DNA from: a virus
Lineage: Duplodnaviria; Caudoviricetes
Virus record (IMG/VR): IMGVR_UViG_3300029822_000061
Location: 1-27,158 of that record
Reading direction: 5' to 3' (one strand)
Length of the DNA stretch: 27,158 nt
Shown here: positions 1 to 9,424 of the stretch, one piece after another
Numbering within the stretch: position 1 is the first letter of the stretch
How the letters are laid out: every line of letters begins with the position of its first letter
Translations under genes and position numbers: made by a program
The notes under the pieces: model-generated
What the model was told of the DNA's origin: nothing
The model's database searches: none
What the model saw: only the letters and a program-made list of their open reading frames with translations

Positions 1-52
1 CCTTCGCGCGAAACTTTTTCCCAAAACTAAAAATTTTTAAGGAGGTGGTCCT

Positions 53-610
53 ATGCCTGGAGGCAGACCAACAAAACCATTGGCCTTAATTCAAGGTCAT
101 AGAACCAAAGCTGAATTAGAGGTCAGAGCTGAAGGCGAGAAGAAACTTCTAACAGGAATAAAGTTAAAAGAGTGGAAAGATGTGAAAGCCGATCCAATAG
201 CACACAAAGAATTTCTAAGATTAAAAAGAGTGTTGAAGGCTATCAATAAAGATGACGCACTTCATGAATCGGTCATAAACAGATATTGTCTTTTGCATGC
301 TGAGTGTAAGAACCTGGAAGAGCTGAAAGAAAGATGCAACGAAGATATAAAAGAAATTTTAGAAGCCTATGACTCGAGAGAGATAGACTTCCTTGTTTAT
401 CTGGAAAAGAAAGAAACTATACAGGAGAGGTTTCTGGCCTTGGATAAAAAAATTATGGAAAAAAGAAAGATGATGCTTGCCATAGAAAAAGAAAATGTTA
501 TGACAATACAATCAGCGCTGCGGTCAATTCCAAAGGAACCAAAAAAACAGACTCAAAGCAAAATGGCTGCATTTTTAGAAAAGAGAGACACAGGAAATGG
601 CACTGGATAA
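53..610 (+). CDS. terS: Terminase small subunit (P27-like)
   Basis: GGAGGTGG RBS before ATG. N-terminus MPGGRPTKP..GHRTKAE is typical of Firmicute cos-phage TerS. Overlaps the start of TerL. Confidence 0.8.
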   Translation: MPGGRPTKPLALIQGHRTKAELEVRAEGEKKLLTGIKLKEWKDVKADPIAHKEFLRLKRVLKAINKDDALHESVINRYCLLHAECKNLEELKERCNEDIKEILEAYDSREIDFLVYLEKKETIQERFLALDKKIMEKRKMMLAIEKENVMTIQSALRSIPKEPKKQTQSKMAAFLEKRDTGNGTG

Positions 611-2147
611 GCAAAGGGCTCTTGAAGTCATAGAATTTATTCAGCTCTTGAATTTGACCGACGACTTCTACGGGCAGCCTTTTGTATTGCAGGATTGGCA
701 GCATGAAACTCTTTGGGATGTTTACGGGACATTAAATGACCAAGGTTATCGACAATATAATTATGCTTATTTAGAAATACCAAAGAAAAACGGTAAAACA
801 ACACTTATTGCCGGTATAGGATTATATCATCTTGTAATGGATCCGCCGGGCGGGCAGATATATTGCTGCGCAGCTGACAGAGAGCAAGCCTCTTTAGTTT
901 ATCAAGCGGCTAAACAGATGATTGAACAGGATGAGGATTTACAGGGACTTCTAAAAATAACAGACAGTAAGAAACTGATCACAAATACAAGGACCGGCAC
1001 ATACTTAAAAGTATTATCCGCCGAGGCTTATACAAAGCACGGAATCAACCCGACTGTTGTTATATTTGATGAGCTCCATGCTCAACCTAACAGGGACCTG
1101 TGGGATGTTATGACATTTGGCGCCGGTGCAGCTCGTAAGGAAACATTATGGTGGATTATAACTACTGCCGGCGATGATCCGGACAGACATTCTATCGGAT
1201 GGGAGCAGCATGAGTATGCAAGGAAGGTTAGAGATAAGGAAATAACGGACCCCTATTGGTATGTAAAAATATACGGAGCTCCGGAGGATGCGGATATATT
1301 TGACGAGAGAGTTTGGTATGAAGCAAATCCATCCTTGGGCATAGTTATTGACATGGAAAAGGTAAGGCAGGAAGCAATCGGGGCAAGGAATGACCCGGGT
1401 AAGGAAAAGCTGTTTAGATGGCTAAGGCTTAACCAGTGGGTATCTTTAAAACGAATCGGATGGCTGCCACTTACTCTATGGGACCAAACTCAGGGCGATT
1501 GGAGTATTGCAGAGCTGACAGGGAAGTATTGTTATGCAGGATTAGACTTATCTACTACCACGGACTTAACAGCAATAGCTTTATTGTTCCCGCCGCAAAA
1601 GGGTCTTGACGATTGGAGATGCATTTTTAAAGCATTTATTCCATTGGAAAATATGAAGGAGCGCGTCCATCGGGACCATGTGCCTTATGATGTGTGGGTA
1701 AAAGACGGATATCTGACAGCTACCGAGGGTAATGCAATCGACTACGAAACTATACAGCTACAGATTGAAAGCTTCGCTAAGCAATTCAAAGTCAAATACA
1801 TATGCGCTGACAAATGGAACAGTACGATGCTGACGCAGAATTTGGCTAAAAAGGGCATTAAAACAATAGAAATACCGCAGACTATTGCGGGTTTGTCGCC
1901 TGGAATGAAGGAATTAGAGAGATTATTAAAAACCGGGCAGCTCACTCATGAAAAGAATCCTGTTGCCAGGTGGTGCTTTGGTAATGTAATTATTGCCACG
2001 GATGGGAATGAAAATATTAAACCTATGAAAAATAGAAGTCTTGAAAGAATTGACATTATAGTTGCTTTGATAAATGCAATGGCAGCTGCAATGAAGTTGG
2101 AATTGAAAACATGCGCCTATGATGAACATGGAATCAGGATGGCATAG
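597..2147 (+). CDS. terL: Terminase large subunit
   Basis: Walker A PKKNGKT, Walker B VIFDELH, ITTAG coupling motif, and nuclease motifs GLDLS and RIDIIVA. Confidence 0.97.
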   Translation: MALDKQRALEVIEFIQLLNLTDDFYGQPFVLQDWQHETLWDVYGTLNDQGYRQYNYAYLEIPKKNGKTTLIAGIGLYHLVMDPPGGQIYCCAADREQASLVYQAAKQMIEQDEDLQGLLKITDSKKLITNTRTGTYLKVLSAEAYTKHGINPTVVIFDELHAQPNRDLWDVMTFGAGAARKETLWWIITTAGDDPDRHSIGWEQHEYARKVRDKEITDPYWYVKIYGAPEDADIFDERVWYEANPSLGIVIDMEKVRQEAIGARNDPGKEKLFRWLRLNQWVSLKRIGWLPLTLWDQTQGDWSIAELTGKYCYAGLDLSTTTDLTAIALLFPPQKGLDDWRCIFKAFIPLENMKERVHRDHVPYDVWVKDGYLTATEGNAIDYETIQLQIESFAKQFKVKYICADKWNSTMLTQNLAKKGIKTIEIPQTIAGLSPGMKELERLLKTGQLTHEKNPVARWCFGNVIIATDGNENIKPMKNRSLERIDIIVALINAMAAAMKLELKTCAYDEHGIRMA

Positions 2148-2164
2148 AAAGAGGTGATTGAAAT

Positions 2165-3418
2165 TTGAAAATAAAACTTTTTGGGCGGGTTTTTGAGATT
2201 AGGAACGAAACCTCGGACTTGCCAAAGACATCGGATGATGCAGCATGGGCAGCATACTTAGCCGGCAAGGGCTATTATGTAAGCTCGGATACTGCTTTAA
2301 AGGTGTCAGCTGTTATAAGGTGCGTGGATGTTGTTGCTAAAACGATGGCATCGCTACCCTTGAATTTATATAAAAACGGTGAAAAAGGCAGGGAAAAAGC
2401 TCAAAGACATCCGGTTTATAAGCTGCTCTACCGGCTGCCCAACAGGCATACTACCGCCTATGAATTCTGGCACATGTATATTTTTAATCTCATGCTTACA
2501 ACAGGAGCTTACGCAAAGATTGTCAGGGATAAAGGAGGCTATATCAGAGGGCTTTGGAATATACCGACAAAGAATGTATCAGGCTTGAAAATTAATAAGG
2601 TTAACGAGGAAAGATATATCGATGTATGGACAGACGGACAGGCAGAAAGGTTGAGGGATGGACAATTTATGTTTACTCCCGGTTTGAGATTTGGGAACCC
2701 GGAAGACCCGGAAGACCCGGTAAAAATTGCAGCTGATGTTTTGGGCTTGACTATGGCTCTAAGCGGATATGCTAAGGACTTTTTTGAAAATGGTACAAAC
2801 TTAGGCGGGTTCATTGAGTATGACGGAACCATATCGGACGGAGCTTATCAAAGATTTAAAGAGTCTTGGGCTAAAACTTATTCCGGAGTAACCAATAGTA
2901 ACAAGTGGGCATTCTTAGAATCAGGGTTTAAATTGAATCAGCTGGGACAAAAGCCGAATGATTCACAGGCCTTGGAGTCAAGAAAATTCCAGGTAATAGA
3001 AATATGCAGAATGTTCGGAGTGCCGCCGCATAAGGTATTTGATTTAGAGAGAGCGACATTCTCTAACATTGAGCAACAAAACATTGAATATGTCCAAGAA
3101 TCTATAGCTCCAATGTCAGTAAGAATTGAACAAACAATTTACAAGGACCTGCTGACAGAATCGGAGCAAGATAAATATTATGCTAAGTTTAATGTTAATG
3201 CACTGCTCAGGGGAGATATTGCTTCAAGGACAACTTACTATCACAATGCTAGGCAGGACGGCTGGTTGTCAGCTAATGATATCAGAGAATTGGAAGACAT
3301 GAACCGTATTCCGGCAGAGGAAGGCGGCGATGTATACGCTGTTAACGGCAACTTAATTCCGTTGTCATTGGTTCCGCAGAACTTGCCAAAAGGCGCACAG
3401 AAGGGAGGTAATAATTGA
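2165..3418 (+). CDS. HK97-family portal protein
   Basis: GAGGTGA RBS with TTG start. Motifs AVIRCVDVVA, EICRMFGVPPHKV, TFSNIEQQ, NDIRELED. Follows TerL. Confidence 0.96.
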   Translation: MKIKLFGRVFEIRNETSDLPKTSDDAAWAAYLAGKGYYVSSDTALKVSAVIRCVDVVAKTMASLPLNLYKNGEKGREKAQRHPVYKLLYRLPNRHTTAYEFWHMYIFNLMLTTGAYAKIVRDKGGYIRGLWNIPTKNVSGLKINKVNEERYIDVWTDGQAERLRDGQFMFTPGLRFGNPEDPEDPVKIAADVLGLTMALSGYAKDFFENGTNLGGFIEYDGTISDGAYQRFKESWAKTYSGVTNSNKWAFLESGFKLNQLGQKPNDSQALESRKFQVIEICRMFGVPPHKVFDLERATFSNIEQQNIEYVQESIAPMSVRIEQTIYKDLLTESEQDKYYAKFNVNALLRGDIASRTTYYHNARQDGWLSANDIRELEDMNRIPAEEGGDVYAVNGNLIPLSLVPQNLPKGAQKGGNN

Positions 3419-4194
3419 TGAAGTTTTGGAATTTTAAAAACAAGGACAAAGATACCGGGGAGTTAATGCTTTATGGTGAAATATCTAATTCTACTTGGTG
3501 GGGTGATGAGGTTACTCCGAAGGACTTTAAAAAGGATTTAGATGCCCTGGGTGAAATAAGGAATTTAAACATTTACATAAACTCAGGCGGCGGTGACGTG
3601 TTTGCCGGGACAAGTATTCATAATATGTTAAAAAGGCACAGTGCTTACAAGACAGTTTATATTGACGGTATTGCAGCTTCTATCGCTTCGGTGATTGCCA
3701 TGGCAGGTGATAAAATCGTAATGCCTAAGAATGCAATGATGATGATTCATCAAGCATTGACGTGGACGTACGGTAATAAAACCGAATTAAGAAAAATGGC
3801 AGACACATTAGAACAAGTGGACGCTTCAATCAGTACGTCCTACAAGGATAAAACAGGACTTGAAGACGATGAAATTGCTCAGTTTATGGAGGATGAAACT
3901 TGGTTCACGGCTGAGGAAGCGGTTGAAAAAGGATTTGCGGATGAAATTGAAGAAGAAAAACTTCTGGCAGCGTCAATTGATGGTGCTTTTTTAATGATTA
4001 ATAATCAGAAATTTGACATGAAGAAATATAAAAACATGCCGGAAATCGAAGAAGTCAAGACAGAAGAGCCAAAAACAAATGAAAACAGGGACGAAAGTCA
4101 GCCTGTATCAGATATATTAGCAGCACAGCAACAAGAATTTTTCAAACTTAGAAAAAAAATAAATTTATTGGAGGGCAATAATGAAACTAATTGA
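3415..4194 (+). CDS. ClpP-family prohead maturation protease
   Basis: INSGGGDV, AASIAS (catalytic Ser), MMIH, ETWFTAEEAVEKGFAD. The start may be the ATG at 3418. Confidence 0.95.
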   Translation: MMKFWNFKNKDKDTGELMLYGEISNSTWWGDEVTPKDFKKDLDALGEIRNLNIYINSGGGDVFAGTSIHNMLKRHSAYKTVYIDGIAASIASVIAMAGDKIVMPKNAMMMIHQALTWTYGNKTELRKMADTLEQVDASISTSYKDKTGLEDDEIAQFMEDETWFTAEEAVEKGFADEIEEEKLLAASIDGAFLMINNQKFDMKKYKNMPEIEEVKTEEPKTNENRDESQPVSDILAAQQQEFFKLRKKINLLEGNNETN

Positions 4195-5362
4195 AATGAA
4201 ACAAGAACGTGCAAAAATGACAAATTCAATTCGTGACTTGATGAATGAATTTGAGAACATTGAAATGCCTGCTGAGAAAAAGGAAGAGCTGGCAAAGATT
4301 GAAGCAAAATTTGATGAGCTGACTGACAAAATTAACAGAGAGGAAAAACAGCTTGAAAGAGAAAGAACTCTTGGCGAAATAGAAGATGATGTGAAGCCGA
4401 AACAAGACGATAAAATCAGAGAACTTTTTGCCAAAGCATTAAGCGGAACTCCAAGACACGTTGAAGCTTTCCAAAATGCGCTTAGCCTTGGCACTGATGC
4501 GACGGCAGGTTATTTAACTGCTCCGGTTCAATTCGTGCAAGAATTAATCAAAGGATTAGACAACATTCTTTTTATGAGACAAATATCTTATGTTACACCG
4601 CCTCTTGGCGCAGCTCAGTCCTTAGGATATCCTTTCATGAAAACTGAAGCAACTGACGCTTCTTGGACTGCTGAAGTTGACCCTGCGGCTGAAGAAACTA
4701 CTCTTGACTTCGGCAGAAGAGAGTTTAAGCCCAACAAATTAGCGAAGCTGATTAAGGTTTCGAGAACATTAGTCAACCATGCGCCGATGGCAGAGGGTGT
4801 TGTTAAGAGTGCCATAGAATCTAAAATCTCTACTGCACAGGAAAATGGGTACATGAACGGCAACGGCTCGTCACAGCCTTTAGGAATATTTGTTGCCCAT
4901 AATGATGGTATTCCTACTTCTCGAGATGTTGCAACCGGAAATACTGCAACAACCGTTACTTTTGACGGATTGCACGAAGCAAGAGGGCTGTTGAAACAAC
5001 AGTATCGCGCCGGAGCCCAGTGGGTAATGCATAGAGACTTAGAAAAAATGCTTGCTAAAATTAAAGACGGGGAAGGGCAGTATGTATGGCAGCCGTCATT
5101 GGTTCCTGAACAGCCTGATAGATTGCTTGGATTTAAGTGCAATTTGTCTGAATATGCTCCTAATACTTACACAACCGGCTTATATGCTGCTGTCTTGGGT
5201 AACTTTAAAAAAGGTTACTGGATTTGTGATGCAGACACGATAGGGCTTCAAGTGTTGAGAGAACTCTATGCAGTTAACAACCAAATCGGTTACCTAGTTG
5301 ACTACTTTGGAGATGGCGCTCCTGTGGATCCTCTGGCTTTTGCAAGAGTGAAAATGGGTTAA
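4181..5362 (+). CDS. HK97-fold major capsid protein
   Basis: N-terminal coiled-coil delta-like domain, GYLTAP, NGNGSSQPLGI, KIKDGEGQYVWQ, and terminal AFARVK. Follows the protease. Confidence 0.96.
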   Translation: MKLIEMKQERAKMTNSIRDLMNEFENIEMPAEKKEELAKIEAKFDELTDKINREEKQLERERTLGEIEDDVKPKQDDKIRELFAKALSGTPRHVEAFQNALSLGTDATAGYLTAPVQFVQELIKGLDNILFMRQISYVTPPLGAAQSLGYPFMKTEATDASWTAEVDPAAEETTLDFGRREFKPNKLAKLIKVSRTLVNHAPMAEGVVKSAIESKISTAQENGYMNGNGSSQPLGIFVAHNDGIPTSRDVATGNTATTVTFDGLHEARGLLKQQYRAGAQWVMHRDLEKMLAKIKDGEGQYVWQPSLVPEQPDRLLGFKCNLSEYAPNTYTTGLYAAVLGNFKKGYWICDADTIGLQVLRELYAVNNQIGYLVDYFGDGAPVDPLAFARVKMG

Positions 5363-5363
5363 T

Positions 5364-5386
5364 GGGGAGAGTTTTTCTCCCCTTAA
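5364..5386 (+). terminator. Hairpin after capsid gene (weak terminator or mRNA stabiliser)
   Basis: Stem GGGGAGA (5364-5370) / TCTCCCC (5376-5382) with a poor U-tract. Confidence 0.5.
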
Positions 5387-5407
5387 TATCTTGAAGGAGG
5401 TATGTAA

Positions 5408-5830
5408 ATGTTAGGAAATGTTACAAAATCATTGTATTGGAAAAAATTAAGCGGTAATGTCGCCGCTGGCGTTGATGATGCTGAGGTTGATGGTGCGGCT
5501 GTAGATGCAAGAGGATTTGACAGAGCACTATTCGTATTCGAACTTGGTGCGGTTACTAATGCTGCTACCTTAGCCTTGCAAATACAAGAAGGCTCAGACG
5601 GTACGAACTTTACCGACATTACTGGTGCAGGCTTTACCGCAACAGTAGCAACCGGCAAGAGCGATGATACAATATTGATTGATGTACCGGTTAGAAAAGG
5701 GTATGTAAGGTACCAGTATGATAGAGAAACTCAAAGCACAGAAATTGATGCGATACAGGTCGCTTTGTATAACTCTAAGAAAATACCGGTTGACCAAAAT
5801 GCTGACGTGTGGAAAGAAATTGTGATATAA
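5408..5830 (+). CDS. Putative head decoration or accessory virion protein
   Basis: GGAGG RBS. 140 aa, acidic and beta-rich, directly after the capsid gene. Function inferred from position only. Confidence 0.55.
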   Translation: MLGNVTKSLYWKKLSGNVAAGVDDAEVDGAAVDARGFDRALFVFELGAVTNAATLALQIQEGSDGTNFTDITGAGFTATVATGKSDDTILIDVPVRKGYVRYQYDRETQSTEIDAIQVALYNSKKIPVDQNADVWKEIVI

Positions 5831-5840
5831 GGAGGCAGTC

Positions 5841-6158
5841 ATGAGTGATTTTTTAAAAGAAACTGATGGAACTGATAAAAAGTGCCTGACCAATGGGGTG
5901 ACTTTAATTACAGGTGGCGCAAATGGAATTGCTGACATGACTTTGGACGCTCCATCTCCTGGTCATAGAGCTGTTATCAGACTGGTAAGCATTACCGATA
6001 CAAAAACCGTTATAGTAACTTCAGCCGCAACAGTTGACGGTACTAATAATACGATGACATTTAACGCTGCGGAAGATACGATTGTACTAGTTTACAAAGA
6101 TGCAAACAACTGGGCAATCGAATTCAATAACAGCGTGGCTCTGTCGGCAGTATCATGA
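5841..6158 (+). CDS. Hypothetical virion protein (head fibre or decoration-like)
   Basis: AAGGAGG RBS. Thr/Ala/Asn-rich beta-type composition, in the head module. Confidence 0.5.
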   Translation: MSDFLKETDGTDKKCLTNGVTLITGGANGIADMTLDAPSPGHRAVIRLVSITDTKTVIVTSAATVDGTNNTMTFNAAEDTIVLVYKDANNWAIEFNNSVALSAVS

Positions 6159-6340
6159 GAATTAGATTAAAAACAAGATTTGCAGGTCCGGAGGGGAACT
6201 ACCCTTCGGGCTCTGAGATAAATCTTGATGAGAAAAAGGCAAAAGGACTTATCGCAGGCGGCTATGCGGTAAGTTTAGAGCCTGAAAAAGAAACAAAAGT
6301 AGTTACAAAGCCTAAGAAGAGTAAAAGGGCGGTGAAGTGA
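6155..6340 (+). CDS. Small head-module protein
   Basis: ATGA overlap coupling. Pattern G..Y..G..I.LDE..A..LI..GYA with a basic tail is typical of small genes between capsid and connector. Confidence 0.6.
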   Translation: MRIRLKTRFAGPEGNYPSGSEINLDEKKAKGLIAGGYAVSLEPEKETKVVTKPKKSKRAVK

Positions 6341-6711
6341 TGTACGTAAAAAAATACGTTGTAGATATAACAACATTCGCAGAGGGCGATGATGCGGGCA
6401 AAGGCACGGGTTATACTCCGGTGGTAAATGGAAGGATATTGACTATAAGATATTTAAAGGCTACAACTGGCAGTTTTGCAGATACCGTTGATTTTGATGT
6501 TACCACAGAGGACTCAGGGGTTGTTGTATGGGACGAGGACGATGTGACCGCATCCGCAACAGTGCTTCCGAGACAGGCAGTGCATTCAACGGCAGGGGTA
6601 GCATCTGGAACGGAATCTGATTGTCTTTATGTTGCAAATGAGAGAATTAAAATAGAGGTAGCAGACGGCGGAAACGGCAAGGTCGGTCAATTTGTAGTGT
6701 TAGTGGGGTGA
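6337..6711 (+). CDS. Hypothetical beta-rich virion protein
   Basis: Translationally coupled to the previous gene. Thr/Val/Gly/Asp-rich, 124 aa. Confidence 0.55.
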   Translation: MMYVKKYVVDITTFAEGDDAGKGTGYTPVVNGRILTIRYLKATTGSFADTVDFDVTTEDSGVVVWDEDDVTASATVLPRQAVHSTAGVASGTESDCLYVANERIKIEVADGGNGKVGQFVVLVG

Positions 6712-6715
6712 TGCA

Positions 6716-7303
6716 ATGTTAAAGTTAATAGCATCAGAGCCTGTTTTGCTTGCTGAGGCTAAATTGCATTTAAAATTATCGGACATTCCTGAAGATTCTT
6801 CGGAGGACACTTTAATAACTGATTTGATATCTGTTGCACGGGAGTATTGTGAAAAGTATACCGGCAGGGATTTAACCGGCAAGGCTTATGAGTATTATTT
6901 AGAAAGTTTTCCGGTAGCAAATATAGAAATCACGACAACTGAGGAGGAGCCTGTTGACTCTGTAGTAAGCATAATTTATACGGAATATGAGGGTGAAGAG
7001 TTGAGAGAAGTCGAAACTACGGTTGACAGCTCGGTATATTTTTTAGAGGAGAATGTAATAAAACTTCTTGAAGGGAATTCCTGGCCCGCATTGTCTGCCG
7101 GTCCGGACAACCCGATTAAGATTACTTATAAAATTGGCACTGTCCCGAAATCCGTAAGACACGCAATGCTATTATTGATAGGCTTTTGGCACGCTAACAG
7201 AGAAGCTGTCTTGGATGTTAGGAATAAAAGCGTCTATGCTATTCAGGTTCCTTTTTCTGTGAAAGCTTTGTTGGACCAGTACCGTGACAGGTGGTGGGAC
7301 TGA
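6716..7303 (+). CDS. Head-tail connector (HK97 gp6 / SPP1 gp15-like)
   Basis: EPVLLAEAKLHLK, LISVAREYCEKYTGR, VPKSVRHAMLLLIGFWHANRE, LLDQYR. Confidence 0.92.
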   Translation: MLKLIASEPVLLAEAKLHLKLSDIPEDSSEDTLITDLISVAREYCEKYTGRDLTGKAYEYYLESFPVANIEITTTEEEPVDSVVSIIYTEYEGEELREVETTVDSSVYFLEENVIKLLEGNSWPALSAGPDNPIKITYKIGTVPKSVRHAMLLLIGFWHANREAVLDVRNKSVYAIQVPFSVKALLDQYRDRWWD

Positions 7304-7620
7304 TGGGAGCAGGAAAGCGCAATCGAAGGATTATTATACAAAAAAAGACGGTTACTTATGATTCCTACAACCAACCGATAGAGACCTGGGCCGACACTTA
7401 TACTATTTGGGCTGAGGTTATGACTACCGGCGGTGGCGAATTCTATGCCGCACAAAAGGTTAACTCTCAAACTCAGGTGGTTTTTAATGCTAGATACACC
7501 AAGTCAATAGGAGTGCTTGACCGCATAAAGTATGATGGCAAGATTTTTGAAATATTATCCGCTGATGATAAAGACGGCGGAAGAGTGGAAACGCAGATCA
7601 GCGCGAAAGAGGTGGTTTAA
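7303..7620 (+). CDS. Head closure protein (SPP1 gp16-like)
   Basis: MGAGKRNRRIIIQ, TIWAEV, RIKYDGKIFEI. The ATG at 7303 overlaps the upstream TGA; the ORF track starts it at 7291. Confidence 0.9.
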   Translation: MGAGKRNRRIIIQKKTVTYDSYNQPIETWADTYTIWAEVMTTGGGEFYAAQKVNSQTQVVFNARYTKSIGVLDRIKYDGKIFEILSADDKDGGRVETQISAKEVV

Positions 7621-8025
7621 ATGAACATTGAAGAAGCGTTGGTTAAGAGATTATTGGACTATCCAGGACTTAAAGCGTTGATTAGCAATAAAATCTATCC
7701 GGAAGAGATACCGCAGGGAGTAGCATTGCCGGCGGTATTTTGGATAAAGGTGAGCGACAATAAAGACCATTTTTTAGATGGTCAATGTAAAACCGAAAGA
7801 CCTATATATCAATTTACAGCTCAGGCGAGCACAAAGGGAGCTGTTAAGCCGATTGCGGAAGAGATTAAAAAAGCTCTTTGCGATTACCAGGGCGATTTGC
7901 ACGGTGTTGAGGTGCAAAAGATAGAGTTGCAGAATGAATTAAGCAGCATGGAAAAATCCAGCGATGGAACAATCAGAATATTTTATGAAGATTTAGAATT
8001 TGAAATTACTTTTGTGAAGGAGTGA
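7621..8025 (+). CDS. Tail terminator / completion protein (DUF3168-like)
   Basis: LKALISNKIYP..PQGVALPA motif, directly before the major tail protein. Confidence 0.8.
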   Translation: MNIEEALVKRLLDYPGLKALISNKIYPEEIPQGVALPAVFWIKVSDNKDHFLDGQCKTERPIYQFTAQASTKGAVKPIAEEIKKALCDYQGDLHGVEVQKIELQNELSSMEKSSDGTIRIFYEDLEFEITFVKE

Positions 8026-8030
8026 AATAG

Positions 8031-8735
8031 ATGGGTAAAAAGACACACGCATTTGGTACCAAGTTTAACTGGGACGGTAAGCAAGTTGCGTCCCTGAGAA
8101 ATGTTGGCGGTGTTGAATTTAACGTTGACACTGTCGATGTGACCACGCATGACAGCGAAGGAGCTTTTAAGGAATTTATAGCGGGGCTTTTAGATGCTGG
8201 CGCTGTTCCTATTTCAGGGTTCTTTGACCATGAAGATGCAGACGGACAGCTTGCCATGGTTGCGGATTGCGCTGCAAGGGAAGTTAAGCCAGCAACTATA
8301 GTATTCCCAGCGAGCACTGGAGCTCAATGGGATTTTAATGGTTTGATTACTAATATAAAAGTTGGAGATACTCCAACGGATGATGGAATTCCGTTTTCTG
8401 CAACTGTAAAAGTTAGCGGTAAGCCTACTCTAACGGTGACGACTGCAACAGGATTAACTAACTTGGCAATGACAGGAGCAACGTTAATTCCTGCCTTTGG
8501 GGCAAGTGTTAAGGATTATGTGGCTACAGCTGACGCTTTGATAGCGACGGTAAAGGTTACACCAACGGCAGCAGGCACAATAAAAGTTAATGGAAGCGTA
8601 GTTGCAACCGGACAGGCATCGGGCGACATAACGCTTGGAGCCGCAGGAAGTATAACAAAAATTACCATTGAGGTAACGGAAGAAAACAAAGCGACGAAGA
8701 AATACACTATATCAGTAGCGAGGGCGGCAGAATAA
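8031..8735 (+). CDS. Major tail tube protein with C-terminal cadherin-like beta-sandwich domain
   Basis: Tube motif DTVDVTTHDS..KEFIAGLLDAG and TVKVSGKPTL. C-terminal ~95 aa LIPAF..DY..TIKVNG..ITIEVT..KKYTISV resembles a cadherin-like domain. Confidence 0.9.
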   Translation: MGKKTHAFGTKFNWDGKQVASLRNVGGVEFNVDTVDVTTHDSEGAFKEFIAGLLDAGAVPISGFFDHEDADGQLAMVADCAAREVKPATIVFPASTGAQWDFNGLITNIKVGDTPTDDGIPFSATVKVSGKPTLTVTTATGLTNLAMTGATLIPAFGASVKDYVATADALIATVKVTPTAAGTIKVNGSVVATGQASGDITLGAAGSITKITIEVTEENKATKKYTISVARAAE

Positions 8736-8736
8736 G

Positions 8737-8760
8737 AGGCAGGGAAACCTGCCTTTTTTT
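8737..8760 (+). terminator. Rho-independent terminator
   Basis: AGGCAGG-GAAA-CCTGCCT followed by a T-run. Confidence 0.85.
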
Positions 8761-8777
8761 AGAATAAGGAGGAGTTT

Positions 8778-9092
8778 ATGGCAATACCTTTTGTAGTTAT
8801 AGAACTTGACAAGCCTTACAATTTGAGATTTGGTATGGGTTCACAAATTCAATTTGAGAAATTATCTAAAAAAACAATTCCTGAACTTGGAAAAGAAATG
8901 CAGACAGGATTGTCGGTAACAACATTAAGCACAGTTTTGTATGTAATGCTTAGAAAAGAAATAAAGGATTTGACAATAGAACAAGTTAGCGATTTAGTTG
9001 ATGAATACGCTGATAACATGCCTTATATAACAGAAAAAGTTTGCGAGGCAATAAATGCGGCGTATGAGGTATCGAACCCAAAAAACGAGTAA
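8778..9092 (+). CDS. Tail assembly chaperone (gpG-like)
   Basis: AAGGAGGAG RBS. Lies between the major tail protein and tape measure genes. Ends in the slippery sequence CCCAAAAAAC. Confidence 0.85.
   Translation: MAIPFVVIELDKPYNLRFGMGSQIQFEKLSKKTIPELGKEMQTGLSVTTLSTVLYVMLRKEIKDLTIEQVSDLVDEYADNMPYITEKVCEAINAAYEVSNPKNE
9077..9086 (+). other. Programmed -1 ribosomal frameshift site
   Basis: Overlapping X XXY YYZ heptamers C CCA AAA (9077-9083) and A AAA AAC (9080-9086) sit just before the stop. The -1 frame stays open to 9424. Confidence 0.85.
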
Positions 9093-9424
9093 CTGCGGAA
9101 GAAGAACCGGAATGGAAAGATTTTTCCGCAGAATTTGATTTTGCAATTATTTATTTAGAGTTAAAGCCATCGGAATTTTGGGAGCTTACCCCTGCGGAAT
9201 TTTATGAGATGGCGGAAGGTTACAACAAAAGACACATTAAGCGTTCTAATGAATTGATTACTTTGGCATGGAATACGGCGGCATTAGTCAGAACTAAAGA
9301 AATGCCGGAACTGGAAAGCATATTAATTTCTGATGTCATCAAAGAAGCTCAGACAGACGATGAAATGCTAAGCATTGTTAAGATGTTAAACGCGGCTTAT
9401 GGCGGGGAGGTGGTTGAAGTTTGA
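9086..9424 (+). CDS. Tail assembly chaperone gpT-like part of the G-T frameshift fusion (~215 aa, 8778-9424)
   Basis: The -1 frame reads RVTAEEEPEWKDF..LKPSEFWELTPAEFYEMAEGY, with the FW.LTP.E motif of gpT-like proteins upstream of the ORF-track ATG at 9209. Confidence 0.82.
   Translation, partial: RVTAEEEPEWKDFSAEFDFAIIYLELKPSEFWELTPAEFYEMAEGYNKRHIKRSNELITLAWNTAALVRTKEMPELESILISDVIKEAQTDDEMLSIVKMLNAAYGGEVVEV

Noticed and set aside
1-45. Possible cos/packaging-associated sequence upstream of terS
   Set aside because: The position and GC/T-run pattern are suggestive, but the upstream context is outside the window and no cut site can be defined.
2698-2720. 9-bp tandem repeat CCCGGAAGA in the portal gene
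   Set aside because: It is a short in-frame coding repeat (PEDPEDP) with no sign of a separate function.
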